This document shows positions 10,059-20,446 of a stretch of 53,835 bases of DNA, in pieces. The position numbers were made by a program, and so were the translations under genes. The notes under the pieces are model-generated. The model had not been told where the DNA came from, did not search any database, and saw nothing but the letters and a program-made list of their open reading frames with translations. The stretch is from Nitrospinota bacterium (GTDB lineage: Bacteria; Nitrospinota; Nitrospinia; Nitrospinales; VA-1). Each line of letters starts with the position of its first letter. Position 1 is the first letter of the stretch. The stretch is taken from assembly GCA_038108555.1 (NCBI GenBank), contig JAYNIA010000007.1, positions 15,903 through 69,737 on the forward strand, written 5' to 3'.

Positions 10059-10158
10059 GAGTCACCTCCGGCTACCAAGATAGCCCAAATTCGGTGCAAT
10101 CTCAACGATTGGAAGAACTGCTTCCCGGATCAAAACAACTGCCTTTTTTTCAAATGGT

Positions 10159-10169
10159 TGTGGTAAAAT
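10159..10169 (+). promoter_or_regulatory. Extended -10 promoter element for rodA
   Basis: TGTGGTAAAAT (TGnTAAAAT) ending 7 nt before the rodA ATG; identical 11-mer at 16782-16792. Confidence 0.45.
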
Positions 10170-10176
10170 TGGATAC

Positions 10177-11277
10177 ATGATTGATCGTCGTATCGTTTCC
10201 AACTTCAATTGGTTTTTCTTCCTAGCCATCATAATTATTTCAGCAATAGGGGTGGTCACCATCTATAGCGCCAACCACGCGCGTCCGGAAGCATTTTTTC
10301 GCGGACTTTACATCAAACAAATTTACTGGATCGTATATGGACTCATTGCAATGGGGGTTGCGCTCGCACTGGACTACCGCTGGTTCAGTCGCTACGCTTA
10401 TCTTATATATGCCCTAACGATTTTGGGTCTGGGATATGTTTTGGTAAATGGTGTCATTGTATCCGGATCAAAACGTTGGATCCATCTTGGCTCAATCAGC
10501 ATTCAGGTTTCTGAGTTTGCCAAGATCGCCCTGGTCATTGTTCTGGCTAAATGCTTTGAATCGGGAAAACTTTCCGGCCAATATACTTTGCGCGACCTTG
10601 TCCTACCAGCCCTTTTAACTGCAGCATTGGGAGGGTTGATCGTGGTGCAGCCAGACCTTGGCACCACCATGATGATTCTTTTTATTTTCCTGGCATTTAT
10701 TGTCGCCATTGAAATCAATCGATTTACATTGATCAAACTTTTCATAGGAGGTCTGGCCTCTGCCCCGGCTCTGTGGTTTTTTCTCAAAGACTATCAAAAA
10801 ACCAGAGTCCGAACTTTATTTAATCCCGAGCTGGACCCTCTGGGTGCAGGCTATCACTCGATTCAATCAAAAATAGCCATTGGTTCCGGAGGGTTTTGGG
10901 GAAAAGGATTGTTTGCAGGTACCCAGAGCCGACTGAATTTCCTTCCTGAAAAACATACGGACTTTATATTTTCAGTTTTCGCAGAAGAAACCGGATTCTT
11001 CGGTGTGATTCTACTCATCTCACTTTTCACCTACATCATCTTAAAAGGATTGAACATTGCATTTCGAGCTGCCGATCGGTTCGGTTTTTTTCTTTCCCTG
11101 GGATTGATAATTTCAATTTCGTTTTACATTATTTTTAATATTGGAATGACTGTAGGCATCTTTCCCATCACCGGAATACCCCTTCCCTTTTTGAGTTACG
11201 GGGGTTCATCGCTCATAACCAACTTTTTTGCTATTGGCCTTCTGCTAAACGTGGAAATGCGCCGGACTCTCCATTAA
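10177..11277 (+). CDS. rodA: Rod shape-determining SEDS peptidoglycan glycosyltransferase
   Basis: GSKRWI, QPDLGT, LKDYQKTR, GYHSIQSKIAIGSGG, LPEKHTDFIF and SYGGSS motifs. Confidence 0.95.
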   Translation: MIDRRIVSNFNWFFFLAIIIISAIGVVTIYSANHARPEAFFRGLYIKQIYWIVYGLIAMGVALALDYRWFSRYAYLIYALTILGLGYVLVNGVIVSGSKRWIHLGSISIQVSEFAKIALVIVLAKCFESGKLSGQYTLRDLVLPALLTAALGGLIVVQPDLGTTMMILFIFLAFIVAIEINRFTLIKLFIGGLASAPALWFFLKDYQKTRVRTLFNPELDPLGAGYHSIQSKIAIGSGGFWGKGLFAGTQSRLNFLPEKHTDFIFSVFAEETGFFGVILLISLFTYIILKGLNIAFRAADRFGFFLSLGLIISISFYIIFNIGMTVGIFPITGIPLPFLSYGGSSLITNFFAIGLLLNVEMRRTLH

Positions 11278-11312
11278 AGGTTTTCCTTACTTTAACGATC
11301 AGGGGAGATACG

Positions 11313-11321
11313 TGTTATAAT
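11313..11321 (+). promoter_or_regulatory. Extended -10 promoter for the rng operon
   Basis: Perfect TGnTATAAT (TGTTATAAT) 30 nt upstream of the ATG. Confidence 0.55.
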
Positions 11322-11350
11322 TTTGTTAAACCCAAAACCCACAAAACCCT

Positions 11351-12874
11351 ATGTCTTCTGAAATTTTCATCAATTCAAACCAGCGGGAAATTCGTGTTGC
11401 CCTTATGGAAAACAGCCTGCTTGTGGAATTGTTTATTGAACACAATGCGCAAAAAGGAATTGTTGGAAATATTTATAAGGGTAAAGTGACTAAAATCCTT
11501 CCGGGCATGCAGGTTGCTTTTGTGGATATCGGATTGGAAAAAGCGGGATTTCTTTATGTTGGTGATATCGATGTCACAGACATGCTCGGTCTTGAAGATC
11601 TGGCTCCCCTTCCCCTGGCAGAAGAAGATAAAGATCACCCTTTTGAAGGCAAACCCGGTCGACCCAACCATGATGTCAAGATTCAGGACCTTCTACAGGA
11701 GGGCCAGGAGATTTTGGTCCAAGTTGCAAAAAACCCCTTAGGAACCAAGGGCGCACGTATTACCAATTACATCACCCTTCCCGGACGGCATCTGGTTTAT
11801 ATGCCCACGATTAACCACATTAGCGTTTCTCGAAGAATCGAAGATGAAAACGAAAAAGAGCGATTAAAACAACTTGTCAGTGAAGTGGGCAACGAAGGGG
11901 AAGGTTATATCGTACGTACCGCAGGGCAAGACGCGGAAAGATCAGACTTTGAAGCGGACGTCAACTTTCTGCACCGCCTCTGGGAAAACCTGAAAAAGAA
12001 ATCTGAAAGTGTCAGCGCACCGCATCTTGTTTACGAAGACCTGAACTTAATTTTCAGATCGATCCGGGATTTATTCACCAATGATACCGAACGGCTGGTG
12101 ATCGATTCAAAATCAGATTTCGAAAAATGTCTGGAGTTTTGCTCCAGCTATCTACCCCATTTATCCGATAAAATTGAATTGTATAAAGACCCCATGCCCA
12201 TATTCGACCATTACGGGGTGGAGCTGGATATCAACCGTGCCCTGGGCCGGACGATTTGGTTAAAATCCGGGGGATGCATCATCATTGACCAGACGGAAGC
12301 CCTGGTTGCAATTGATGTAAACACAGGAAAATTTGTTGGCCATAGTGATCCCGAAGAAACCATTCTAAAAACCAATCTGGAAGCTTTGAAAGAAATGGTC
12401 TACCAGCTCCGTTTAAGAAATATTGGAGGCATCATCATTGTGGATTTCATTGATATGGTGAATGAAGAGAGCAAAGAGATCGTATCCAATGCCCTGAAAC
12501 AGGCACTAAAAAGTGACAGGTCGAGAACTCGTATTTTGAAAATTTCAGAACTGGGCCTGGTAGAAATGACGCGTAAACGCGTTCGTGAAAGTCTGGTTCA
12601 AACTTTATGCGACCCCTGCGATTACTGCGAAGGAAAAGGATATATCAAGAGTCCTTCCACTGTCTGTAATGAGATCATCCGTGAAATCCAACGTCGGGGC
12701 ACTGACAATATCACCAGTAAAAAACTCGAAATAAAGGTAAATCCGATCATTTACGACATGCTCTTTGAGGAAGAAAGTGGACTTCTTGAGGAAATGGAAA
12801 AACAAAACAACCTTGAGATCAACTTTACTGTCAACCCCAAGCTGCATCGGGAAAAATATTATATTGAGTCTTAA
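11351..12874 (+). CDS. rng: Ribonuclease G (RNase E/G family)
   Basis: GNIYKGKV..ILPGMQVAFVDIG, IDVNTG, LRNIGGIIIVDFIDM and CDYCEG; no long C-terminal tail. Confidence 0.92.
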   Translation: MSSEIFINSNQREIRVALMENSLLVELFIEHNAQKGIVGNIYKGKVTKILPGMQVAFVDIGLEKAGFLYVGDIDVTDMLGLEDLAPLPLAEEDKDHPFEGKPGRPNHDVKIQDLLQEGQEILVQVAKNPLGTKGARITNYITLPGRHLVYMPTINHISVSRRIEDENEKERLKQLVSEVGNEGEGYIVRTAGQDAERSDFEADVNFLHRLWENLKKKSESVSAPHLVYEDLNLIFRSIRDLFTNDTERLVIDSKSDFEKCLEFCSSYLPHLSDKIELYKDPMPIFDHYGVELDINRALGRTIWLKSGGCIIIDQTEALVAIDVNTGKFVGHSDPEETILKTNLEALKEMVYQLRLRNIGGIIIVDFIDMVNEESKEIVSNALKQALKSDRSRTRILKISELGLVEMTRKRVRESLVQTLCDPCDYCEGKGYIKSPSTVCNEIIREIQRRGTDNITSKKLEIKVNPIIYDMLFEEESGLLEEMEKQNNLEINFTVNPKLHREKYYIES

Positions 12875-12885
12875 GGGATAAGATT

Positions 12886-13212
12886 GTGAAAAACAATACT
12901 GCCTCTTTTATAAAAATCTGTCTTATTGGAATTTTTCTCACCTTGTTGATTTCAGGTTGCGGGACTGCAGGAAAAGATTTCGATGAATCTCTATACACCA
13001 AAATAGTAAAAGGAACCACGACGCAAAAGGAAATCCAGGCCATGTTTGGACCACCCTTCAAAAAGGGAATACAAAATGGACTCCCCGTATGGACTTATGA
13101 ATATAACCATTACAAATCCATCGGCCCCAATACCCACAAAGACATGATTATCGTATTCGATAAAAACGGTGTGGTGCAATCCCATCAGTTGATGAGCAAT
13201 TCCCCCCAGTAA
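12886..13212 (+). CDS. SmpA/OmlA (BamE-like) lipoprotein
   Basis: Lipobox ISGC; IVKGTTTQKEIQAMFGPP..WTY..FDKNGVV pattern. Confidence 0.7.
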   Translation: MKNNTASFIKICLIGIFLTLLISGCGTAGKDFDESLYTKIVKGTTTQKEIQAMFGPPFKKGIQNGLPVWTYEYNHYKSIGPNTHKDMIIVFDKNGVVQSHQLMSNSPQ

Positions 13213-13230
13213 TTCCCTGAAAAATTTCTG

Positions 13231-14655
13231 ATGCTAGGTTTCACCGAAACACAGTCACGCATCCTGCATTTAACATGGATTGCGTTCTTCCTGACTTTTG
13301 TTGCCTGGTTCAACATGGCACCATTCAACACAACGATCATGAACCAGTTGGGAATAACGGAAACCCAGATAAATATTCTTATGATTTGCAATGTGGTCCT
13401 GACCATTCCAGCACGAATCGTCATTGGGTCACTCACTGACAACTATGGTCCTCAAAAAGTTTTTTCCGGACTTCTTCTTTTTGCAGGGTTTATCTGTATT
13501 GCATTTTCCCTTTGCAAAAGTTTTGAAAGCCTGTTGATTAATCGTTTGCTGATGGGCATTGTTGGAGGGGGATTCGTGGTTGGCATTAAAATGATTGCCG
13601 AGTGGTTTCCTGATAAATCCATGGGAACCGCCCAGGGAATTTATGCCGGGTGGGGAAATTTTGGAGCAGCAGCTGCCGCTTTTTCCCTTCCGCTTTTTGC
13701 ACTTCCATTTTCATTAGAGTCTGGTTGGAGAATCGCAATTGCCTTTTCGGGTTTGGCTTGCATGATCTGGGCTTTCATCTATTTTAAATTTTGCCCGGAC
13801 ATACCGGAAAGAAGCCCTGACTTTGAAGTCGGACTTCATGGTTCCCTGGAAGTTCAAACCAAAAAAGATTTGATCTTACAATCTATTGTTCTTTTTCCAA
13901 TTTATGGAGCTATGATACTTTTCGTCTGGAAGTTATCGGGCCATCCTTTTTCTCTAATTCCCGATTCCATAACCTGGATATTGATGGCAACCCTTTTAGG
14001 AATTTATTTTGGAAATTTAATTCAATCCTGGAAACACAATTTACCGCAACTGGATAAATCCATCCCGGTAGAGAATAAATTTTCATTTAGCCAAATCGCC
14101 ATATTGAGTCTGGTCTATTCCCTGACCTTTGGATGCGAGTTGGCAGTCATTTCAATTTTCCCACAATTTTTAGAAACCACTTTTTCAGTATCGGTTAGCC
14201 TGGCAGGAATGCTGGGAGCCAGTTATGCCTTTATGAACCTGATATCACGCCCTGGAGGAGGTTGGATTTCTGACCGGGTGGGTCGCCGGAGAACCCTTTT
14301 CATTCTGATAATGGGGGGGATGGTATGTCACTGGTTTATGGGTAACATAAATTCGGCTTCATCTCTTGCCGGCTCGATTTTACTTTCCATAACTGCCTCT
14401 ATTTTTTTACAGGCGGGTAATGGAGCCTGTTTCGCTGCGGTACCGTTGATCAACAAAAGCCTCACTGGAAAAATGGCGGGACTAGCCGGGGCCTATGGAA
14501 GCGTGGGTGCGGTTTGCTTTCTTACACTTTATAGTTTCGTTTCACCTCAGGAATTTTTTAAAATTATCGCAGCCTATGCTTTTCTGGTATTCTTGGCGCT
14601 GTTTTTTCTTAAACCCTTCCAGGCTACGCCTGGGGGAAATAGGTCAGGTCTTTAA
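13231..14655 (+). CDS. narK: NarK/NRT2-family nitrate/nitrite MFS transporter
   Basis: LHLTWIAFFLTFVAWF, TIPARIVIG, GIYAGWGNFG, TFGCELA and RPGGGWISD nitrate-signature motifs. Confidence 0.85.
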   Translation: MLGFTETQSRILHLTWIAFFLTFVAWFNMAPFNTTIMNQLGITETQINILMICNVVLTIPARIVIGSLTDNYGPQKVFSGLLLFAGFICIAFSLCKSFESLLINRLLMGIVGGGFVVGIKMIAEWFPDKSMGTAQGIYAGWGNFGAAAAAFSLPLFALPFSLESGWRIAIAFSGLACMIWAFIYFKFCPDIPERSPDFEVGLHGSLEVQTKKDLILQSIVLFPIYGAMILFVWKLSGHPFSLIPDSITWILMATLLGIYFGNLIQSWKHNLPQLDKSIPVENKFSFSQIAILSLVYSLTFGCELAVISIFPQFLETTFSVSVSLAGMLGASYAFMNLISRPGGGWISDRVGRRRTLFILIMGGMVCHWFMGNINSASSLAGSILLSITASIFLQAGNGACFAAVPLINKSLTGKMAGLAGAYGSVGAVCFLTLYSFVSPQEFFKIIAAYAFLVFLALFFLKPFQATPGGNRSGL

Positions 14656-14683
14656 CTCGAAATAAAAAAGGAATTTAAATTTT

Positions 14684-15781
14684 ATGGGATTCACCTGTGG
14701 CCTTGTCGGCCTTCCCAACGCGGGAAAATCTACTCTTTTTGGTGCTTTGACTCGCACCAAAGCTCAATCAGGAAATTACGCTTTCACGACCATCGAACCC
14801 AACAGTGGCATCGTTCCGGTCCCGGACTCTCGTTTGGATACAATTACCTCTTATATCAAAACAAATAAAGTTGTCCCTACTACCATGGAGTTTGTTGATA
14901 TCGCGGGCCTGATCAAAGGCGCATCCAAAGGTGAAGGGTTGGGAAATAAATTCCTCGGCCATATCCGCGAAGTGGATGCCATAGCTCATGTAGTTCGATG
15001 TTTTGAAGATGGCAATGTCCCCCATGTGAGCGATGCCATCGATCCTGCTTCAGATATTGACACCATCAATACCGAACTCATGATTGCAGATATGGAAACC
15101 CTCGAACGGAGAAAGACCAAAATTGAAAAACTCGCAAAATCGGGAGACAAAGAGGCGCGCTCACAAATGGAGGTATTGAAAAAATTGATTGAAAGTATCA
15201 ACGAAAATATCCCCGCCAGGGCAGTTGAAGGATTTTCAGAGGAAGATAAAAAGTTTGTGAAAAGCCTGACCCTGTTAAGTGCAAAACCCGTTCTATACAT
15301 CTGCAATGTGATGGACCCCGGAGATACGGAAAGCGAGTTGGTACAAAAAGTTAAAAAAATCGCCGAACAAGATGGTTCCGCTGTCGTGGCCCTTGCCGGA
15401 AAAATAGAAGGCGAAATTATGGAAATGGAAGACCCGGAAGAGCAGGCAATGTTTATGGAAGAAATGGGGCTAACCGAAACCGGACTGGACCGGATGATCT
15501 CCACCGGCTATGGGTTGCTTGAACTTTCTACATTTTTCACAGCGGGGGAAAAGGAAACCCGGGCCTGGACCATTCCCAAAAACTCTAAAGCTCCACAGGC
15601 TGCGGGAGCCATCCACTCCGATTTTGAAAAAGGATTTATCCGCGCCGAAGTTTATCGACTGGAAGACCTTGAAAAATACAAAACCGAAGCGGGCATTAAA
15701 GAAGCCGGAAAATTACGTGTGGAGGGGAAAGACTACGTAGTTCAGGATGGGGACATCATGCATTTTCGATTCAATGTATGA
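14684..15781 (+). CDS. ychF: Redox-regulated ribosome-binding ATPase
   Basis: [42 protein letters not shown] and FRFNV motifs. Confidence 0.97.
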   Translation: MGFTCGLVGLPNAGKSTLFGALTRTKAQSGNYAFTTIEPNSGIVPVPDSRLDTITSYIKTNKVVPTTMEFVDIAGLIKGASKGEGLGNKFLGHIREVDAIAHVVRCFEDGNVPHVSDAIDPASDIDTINTELMIADMETLERRKTKIEKLAKSGDKEARSQMEVLKKLIESINENIPARAVEGFSEEDKKFVKSLTLLSAKPVLYICNVMDPGDTESELVQKVKKIAEQDGSAVVALAGKIEGEIMEMEDPEEQAMFMEEMGLTETGLDRMISTGYGLLELSTFFTAGEKETRAWTIPKNSKAPQAAGAIHSDFEKGFIRAEVYRLEDLEKYKTEAGIKEAGKLRVEGKDYVVQDGDIMHFRFNV

Positions 15782-15784
15782 TCT

Positions 15785-16774
15785 TTATTTTCCCCACCCC
15801 GGTACCAGAGAACGTGGAGGCTTGTTCTGCAAAACATCCAGAACATTTTCCGCAACCAGATTTGCCATAATATCTCTTGTTTCATGGCTGGCACTGCCAA
15901 TATGGGGAAGCAGCATCAGGTTTTCCAACTCCGTCATGCCTTCTGTTAAAGCAGGTTCGTTTTCATAAACATCCAATGCGGCACCTGCAATTTTTCTTTC
16001 TTTCAAGGCTTCCACTAAAGCTTGATCGTCTACCACTTTTCCGCGTGCGGTGTGAATAAAATAGGCTGTAGGTTTCATCATTTGAAACTGGTCTTTTCCA
16101 ATTAAATATTTTGTTTGGTCGGTGAGTGGGGTGTGGATTGTAATAAAATCGGATTCACTCAATAAATCTTCCAGGTTTACAAACTGGGCATTCAATGCTT
16201 TTTCCTTTTCTTCCGGCATTCGTTTTCGGTTGAAATAAAGGACTTTCATATCGAACCCCGCTGCCCGCCGGGCAACTGCCGATCCTATTTCACCGCAACC
16301 AACCACCCCCAAAGTCTTCCCGAAAACATCCCCCCCGAGGTACATCTTTGCAGACCAGCCTTTAAACTTGTTTTCACGGGTAAACCGGTCGGCAGGAACC
16401 AGGTTTCGAGCCGCTCCAAGAATCATGGCCCAGGTCAAATCTGCGGTCGTTTCGTGCAACACTCCGGGGGTATTACTGACCCAGATTTTCTTTTTCGCGG
16501 CATGGTCCACATCGATATTGTTGAATCCTGCCCCATAATTGGCGATAAGCTTTAAATTTGGCCCTTTATCTATAATGCCCGAATCGATTTTGTCCGATAA
16601 GTAGGTGACCATGACAACGCTTTCAGAAGCGATTTTCTCCAATTCTGAAGCAGTTGGGGTATTTTCGGTCTGGTTGGTTCTCAATTCGCAATGGGGACTT
16701 AGTTTTTCCAACGCTTTTTCAGGAAATAAATTGGTTACGGAGACAACTGGTTTCACTCTGGACCATCCTTTCAA
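15785..16774 (-). CDS. D-2-hydroxyacid dehydrogenase (glyoxylate/hydroxypyruvate reductase type)
   Basis: NTPGVL, GCGEIG, ARGKVVD, LDVYENEP and PHIGSA motifs. Confidence 0.9.
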   Translation of the reverse strand: MKGWSRVKPVVSVTNLFPEKALEKLSPHCELRTNQTENTPTASELEKIASESVVMVTYLSDKIDSGIIDKGPNLKLIANYGAGFNNIDVDHAAKKKIWVSNTPGVLHETTADLTWAMILGAARNLVPADRFTRENKFKGWSAKMYLGGDVFGKTLGVVGCGEIGSAVARRAAGFDMKVLYFNRKRMPEEKEKALNAQFVNLEDLLSESDFITIHTPLTDQTKYLIGKDQFQMMKPTAYFIHTARGKVVDDQALVEALKERKIAGAALDVYENEPALTEGMTELENLMLLPHIGSASHETRDIMANLVAENVLDVLQNKPPRSLVPGWGK

Positions 16775-16829
16775 AACAATCTGTGGTAAAATAAGAGTCT
16801 GATTTTAAAGGAAAAAGTTGTTCAAGCCC

Positions 16830-18248
16830 ATGAAAATTTTATTCCTCGTCCCACCTGAAACCATATCCCTTGAATCTTCCGTGCCAAAGGCACTGGAAGG
16901 CGGTAAAGGCTATTACCCCAAACTGGGGTTGCTCTATGTTGCGGCTTATTATGAAAGGGAGACGGGAAATCGTCCCCATTTCATCGATTGTCCCCCGGAA
17001 AATGTTTCTCAGGAAGAATTATCCCAAAGGGTGAAAGAAATTCAACCCGACATGGTTGCCATGAGCATCATGACCTTCAATCTTCTTGATGCGCTCCATA
17101 CCGCCCGGGTTCTCAAACAGGAGCATCCCAATTTGAAAATTTGCCTCGGGGGTCCGCACGTAAATTTATATGCCAAAGAAACACTTCATCAACCTGAAAT
17201 TGATTATGTTGTGTTTGGGGAGGGAGAAAAGATTTTCACTCGCCTGATTCAGGCGTTGGAAGCCGGTGACTCATTAGATGGCATCAAAGGACTTGGCTAT
17301 AAATCCGAAGCCAAAGAGCAAGTCAATGAACCGGAAACAGAACTTCTGGATCTGAACGAACTCCCCTTTCCGGCACGGCATCTGGTAGATATTGGAGCCT
17401 ACAAACATATTATTGGAGAAGGGCGGCAGTTTTTCACTATTCAGGCAACACGCGGATGCCCGGCAGCTTGCTCGTTTTGCGATATTCGCAAGACCAAGTT
17501 CCGCATTCGAAGCCCGGAAAATGTTGTCGACGAAATCGAACAACTGGTGGAAATGGGAGTCGATGACTTATTTTTTGTAGACGACACTATAACGATTGAT
17601 AAAAAGAATGTTCTGGCGATTTGCGACCTTATTGTCAAACGCGGCTTAAAAATAAATTTCAAAATTTCAGCCCGTGTTGACACCATCAATGAAGAGGTGA
17701 TCGCTGCATTGAAAAAGGCGGGATGCTACCGAATTCATTTTGGAATTGAATCGGCCAATCCAAAACATCTGAAATACCTGCAAAAGGGACAAACCCCGGA
17801 AAAAGTAGAACGCGCCTGCAAAATGACACGCGCTGCTGGAATTGGTTTCTTCGCCTACATGATGATCGGAATTCCTCACGAAACCAAAGAAGAAATGTTC
17901 GAAACGGTAGATTTTGCCAAGAAGCTGAAACCGGATTATGCGCAATTTTCCATCTGCACTCCTTACCCCAAGGTAGAGCTTTATTACCAGATGTTGAGCG
18001 AGGGAATTGTTCCGGAAGATTACTGGCAGAAGTTTGCCGAGAACCCCAGTCCAGATTTTAAAATTAAATTCTGGAATAAGGATTTTACCGAAGAAGAACT
18101 GCGACAACTGCAAGACGAATGTCATGCCCGTTTTTACCGCAGCCCCACTTACCTAATGAAACAAGTAACTAAACTAAGATCCTGGTCCGACTTTACCGCA
18201 AAAGCCCGGATGGGAACGCGTATCCTGACCAACCGGCTGGGCATTTAA
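16830..18248 (+). CDS. B12-binding radical SAM protein
   Basis: N-terminal cobalamin-binding domain (LGLLYVAA..GGPH..GEGE); TRGCPAACSFC; ATG 16830 preferred over TTG 16818. Confidence 0.9.
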   Translation: MKILFLVPPETISLESSVPKALEGGKGYYPKLGLLYVAAYYERETGNRPHFIDCPPENVSQEELSQRVKEIQPDMVAMSIMTFNLLDALHTARVLKQEHPNLKICLGGPHVNLYAKETLHQPEIDYVVFGEGEKIFTRLIQALEAGDSLDGIKGLGYKSEAKEQVNEPETELLDLNELPFPARHLVDIGAYKHIIGEGRQFFTIQATRGCPAACSFCDIRKTKFRIRSPENVVDEIEQLVEMGVDDLFFVDDTITIDKKNVLAICDLIVKRGLKINFKISARVDTINEEVIAALKKAGCYRIHFGIESANPKHLKYLQKGQTPEKVERACKMTRAAGIGFFAYMMIGIPHETKEEMFETVDFAKKLKPDYAQFSICTPYPKVELYYQMLSEGIVPEDYWQKFAENPSPDFKIKFWNKDFTEEELRQLQDECHARFYRSPTYLMKQVTKLRSWSDFTAKARMGTRILTNRLGI

Positions 18249-18271
18249 TTAATCCCTTTAATTCAAAAGTT

Positions 18272-18814
18272 TCACTTAATTATTTCGGTTGGTTTTCCGT
18301 CTATGCTTTGCTGGTTTTTTTCTTTCCAATAATTTTTCACACCCTCTTCACCAATTTTTTCAGACCAATGGACAAGGTCGTGACGATCCCCTTCATATTT
18401 AAAATTGGGAACAGCAAAACCGCATGATGTCTGCGCGGACTCAACATCTAGCAGGAACATTTGTCGCGAACCGGGAAAATCGGGAAACCGTGAAATATAA
18501 TCGGCCCACTCCTCGTCTCTGGGATGAATCGCCCTCGCCTTCCCATAAACTCTTAAAATAAGAGGGCTGCCTTCGAAAGAACAGAACATTAGTGTCATAC
18601 GTGGATCCTCAAGAACATGGGCTGCTGTTTCATTTCCACTCCCTGTAAGGTTTAGCCATATTAGCCGGTTGGCATCCAAAATCCGTAGACTATCCATGCC
18701 TTTGGGGGACACATTGACCCGGCCTTCCGATCCGGCCGTACCCACAAAAAATAATTTCTGCCGTTCAATGAAATCCTGTAGTTTCTCATCGATATAGGTA
18801 TAGAATTTACTCAA
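18272..18814 (-). CDS. Pyridoxamine 5'-phosphate oxidase-like FMN-binding protein
   Basis: NVSPKG, LTGSGNETAAH, RMTLMFCSF and QTSCGFAVP motifs. Confidence 0.88.
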   Translation of the reverse strand: MSKFYTYIDEKLQDFIERQKLFFVGTAGSEGRVNVSPKGMDSLRILDANRLIWLNLTGSGNETAAHVLEDPRMTLMFCSFEGSPLILRVYGKARAIHPRDEEWADYISRFPDFPGSRQMFLLDVESAQTSCGFAVPNFKYEGDRHDLVHWSEKIGEEGVKNYWKEKNQQSIDGKPTEIIK

Positions 18815-18916
18815 TGTTAACTGAACCTCGCATTTTTATTTAATGTTAAATTAAGTTTTTCACTTTAACAAATATAGTGTTTAAAAAAATATTTTTTTAA
18901 CCTAGATTTCCCTTTC

Positions 18917-20371
18917 ATGTTTCAACCTGTAAAGATTTTTTCGACCTGGTCGATCCGAACAAAGTTTATGCTTTGCTCCATGTTGACCTTGATTTTGACC
19001 ATATCTTTTATTGCATTTTATTCCACTCAGCAATTGGAAAAGGATGCCAATGAACGATTGGGAAAAAAAGTCCAGGAAATGGGGATGATGTTCGCAACCA
19101 CCATCGGGTTTAGTTTTAAATTTCTGGATTTCACAGCACTGACACAAGCGGTAGAAGGGATGAGAAAAAACCCGGACCTGGCCTACCTGGGAATTTTTGA
19201 CGAAAAAGATAATCTTATTTCATTTTTCAATCCTCGAAAATTAAAATTAAAACTGCCAGATGCGATTCATACCAAGGGGCTTTTTCACATCGGGAATATT
19301 TGTGTCTTTTCAACTCCAATCCGCTTTGAAAAAGAAAAGTTTGGAAACCTGGTAATTGGATATTCCCTGGAAAGTTTACACAAGCAAATACAATCTACTC
19401 GAATCAGGACTTTACTGGTGTGTTTGGCTATACTGTTAATCGGAACTTTTCTAACCTATACCCTTAGCAAAATTCTAACTGAAGATATCATTAAGTTAAA
19501 GGATGCGGCGCAGCGATTCTCCCCCGGGGAATCCATTCCGCCTATTTCCACCGAAAGCAAGGATGAGGTAGAAGAATTATGCACGGCATACAACCATTTA
19601 ATCGATGAAATCAATTATGTCGTCCGTAGTCTTGAAAAAAAATCCATGGCTCTCCAAAAGCAAACGGATGAAGTTGAAAAAAGAAACACTGAGCTTAAGG
19701 ATTTTATCTATATCGCATCTCATGACTTCAATGAACCTTTACGGAAAATTATAACTTTTGGTGATCGACTTGAATCCTTTTTATTAAAATCCAACCCAGA
19801 ATTTTCTTCCCAAAAGGGAGCCGAATACCTTAATCGTATGCAAAACGCCTCCCAAAGAATGGCGAATTTGATTACCGACCTTCTTGAGTATTCGAAAGTG
19901 ATCGCTCAATCAAATTATGAGTTTCACCAGATTAAACTTGAAGAGGTCATCAAACAGGTCATGGTAGATCTGGAGTTCAAAATAAGGAAATGCAAGGGTG
20001 AGATCCATTTAGGTCCTCTTCCAGAAATAGAAATACACCCTTTTCAAATTCAACAAGTATTTTTGAATTTGATAGGAAATTCGCTAAAATTCAGAAAGGA
20101 AGGGGTTGCACCCATAATTGAGATCACATCCGAATCACTCAATGAATCGAATGGGCACCCGACCTGCAAAATTTTTATTAAAGACAATGGTATTGGCTTT
20201 AATCAAAAATACATGGAAAAAGCTTTCAAACCTCTCGAAAGACTGGTCGGCAGAAGCGAGTTTGAAGGAACCGGAATGGGTCTTTCAATATGTCAGAGAA
20301 TCATTGAACGACATGGGGGCACTATTACTGCTAAAAGCATCCTGGGTGAAGGTTCCACCTTTATCATTTAA
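18917..20371 (+). CDS. Membrane sensor histidine kinase (HAMP-HisKA-HATPase), C-terminus apparently clipped by a stop
   Basis: Two TMs; ASHDFNEPLRKI H-box; NLIGNSLKF, DNGIG and GTGMGL boxes; ends GSTFII* with in-frame LPLKQMPETQY* beyond. Confidence 0.88.
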   Translation: MFQPVKIFSTWSIRTKFMLCSMLTLILTISFIAFYSTQQLEKDANERLGKKVQEMGMMFATTIGFSFKFLDFTALTQAVEGMRKNPDLAYLGIFDEKDNLISFFNPRKLKLKLPDAIHTKGLFHIGNICVFSTPIRFEKEKFGNLVIGYSLESLHKQIQSTRIRTLLVCLAILLIGTFLTYTLSKILTEDIIKLKDAAQRFSPGESIPPISTESKDEVEELCTAYNHLIDEINYVVRSLEKKSMALQKQTDEVEKRNTELKDFIYIASHDFNEPLRKIITFGDRLESFLLKSNPEFSSQKGAEYLNRMQNASQRMANLITDLLEYSKVIAQSNYEFHQIKLEEVIKQVMVDLEFKIRKCKGEIHLGPLPEIEIHPFQIQQVFLNLIGNSLKFRKEGVAPIIEITSESLNESNGHPTCKIFIKDNGIGFNQKYMEKAFKPLERLVGRSEFEGTGMGLSICQRIIERHGGTITAKSILGEGSTFII

Positions 20372-20446
20372 TTACCATTAAAGCAAATGCCTGAGACACA
20401 GTATTAATTTTAAGTAATCAACCTGAATCGATCACTGTATTTTTTA

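Noticed and set aside
9884..10105. Track ORF of 73 aa (Lys-rich)
   Set aside because: Wrong frame: it overlaps the redoxin and ignores the strong SD, which points to ATG 10058.
18824..18851. dif-like site (CGCAT...TAATGTTAAAT)
   Set aside because: The XerD arm has a mismatch, and the XerC-like arm is out of register by one base and lacks CATAA; probably chance in AT-rich DNA.
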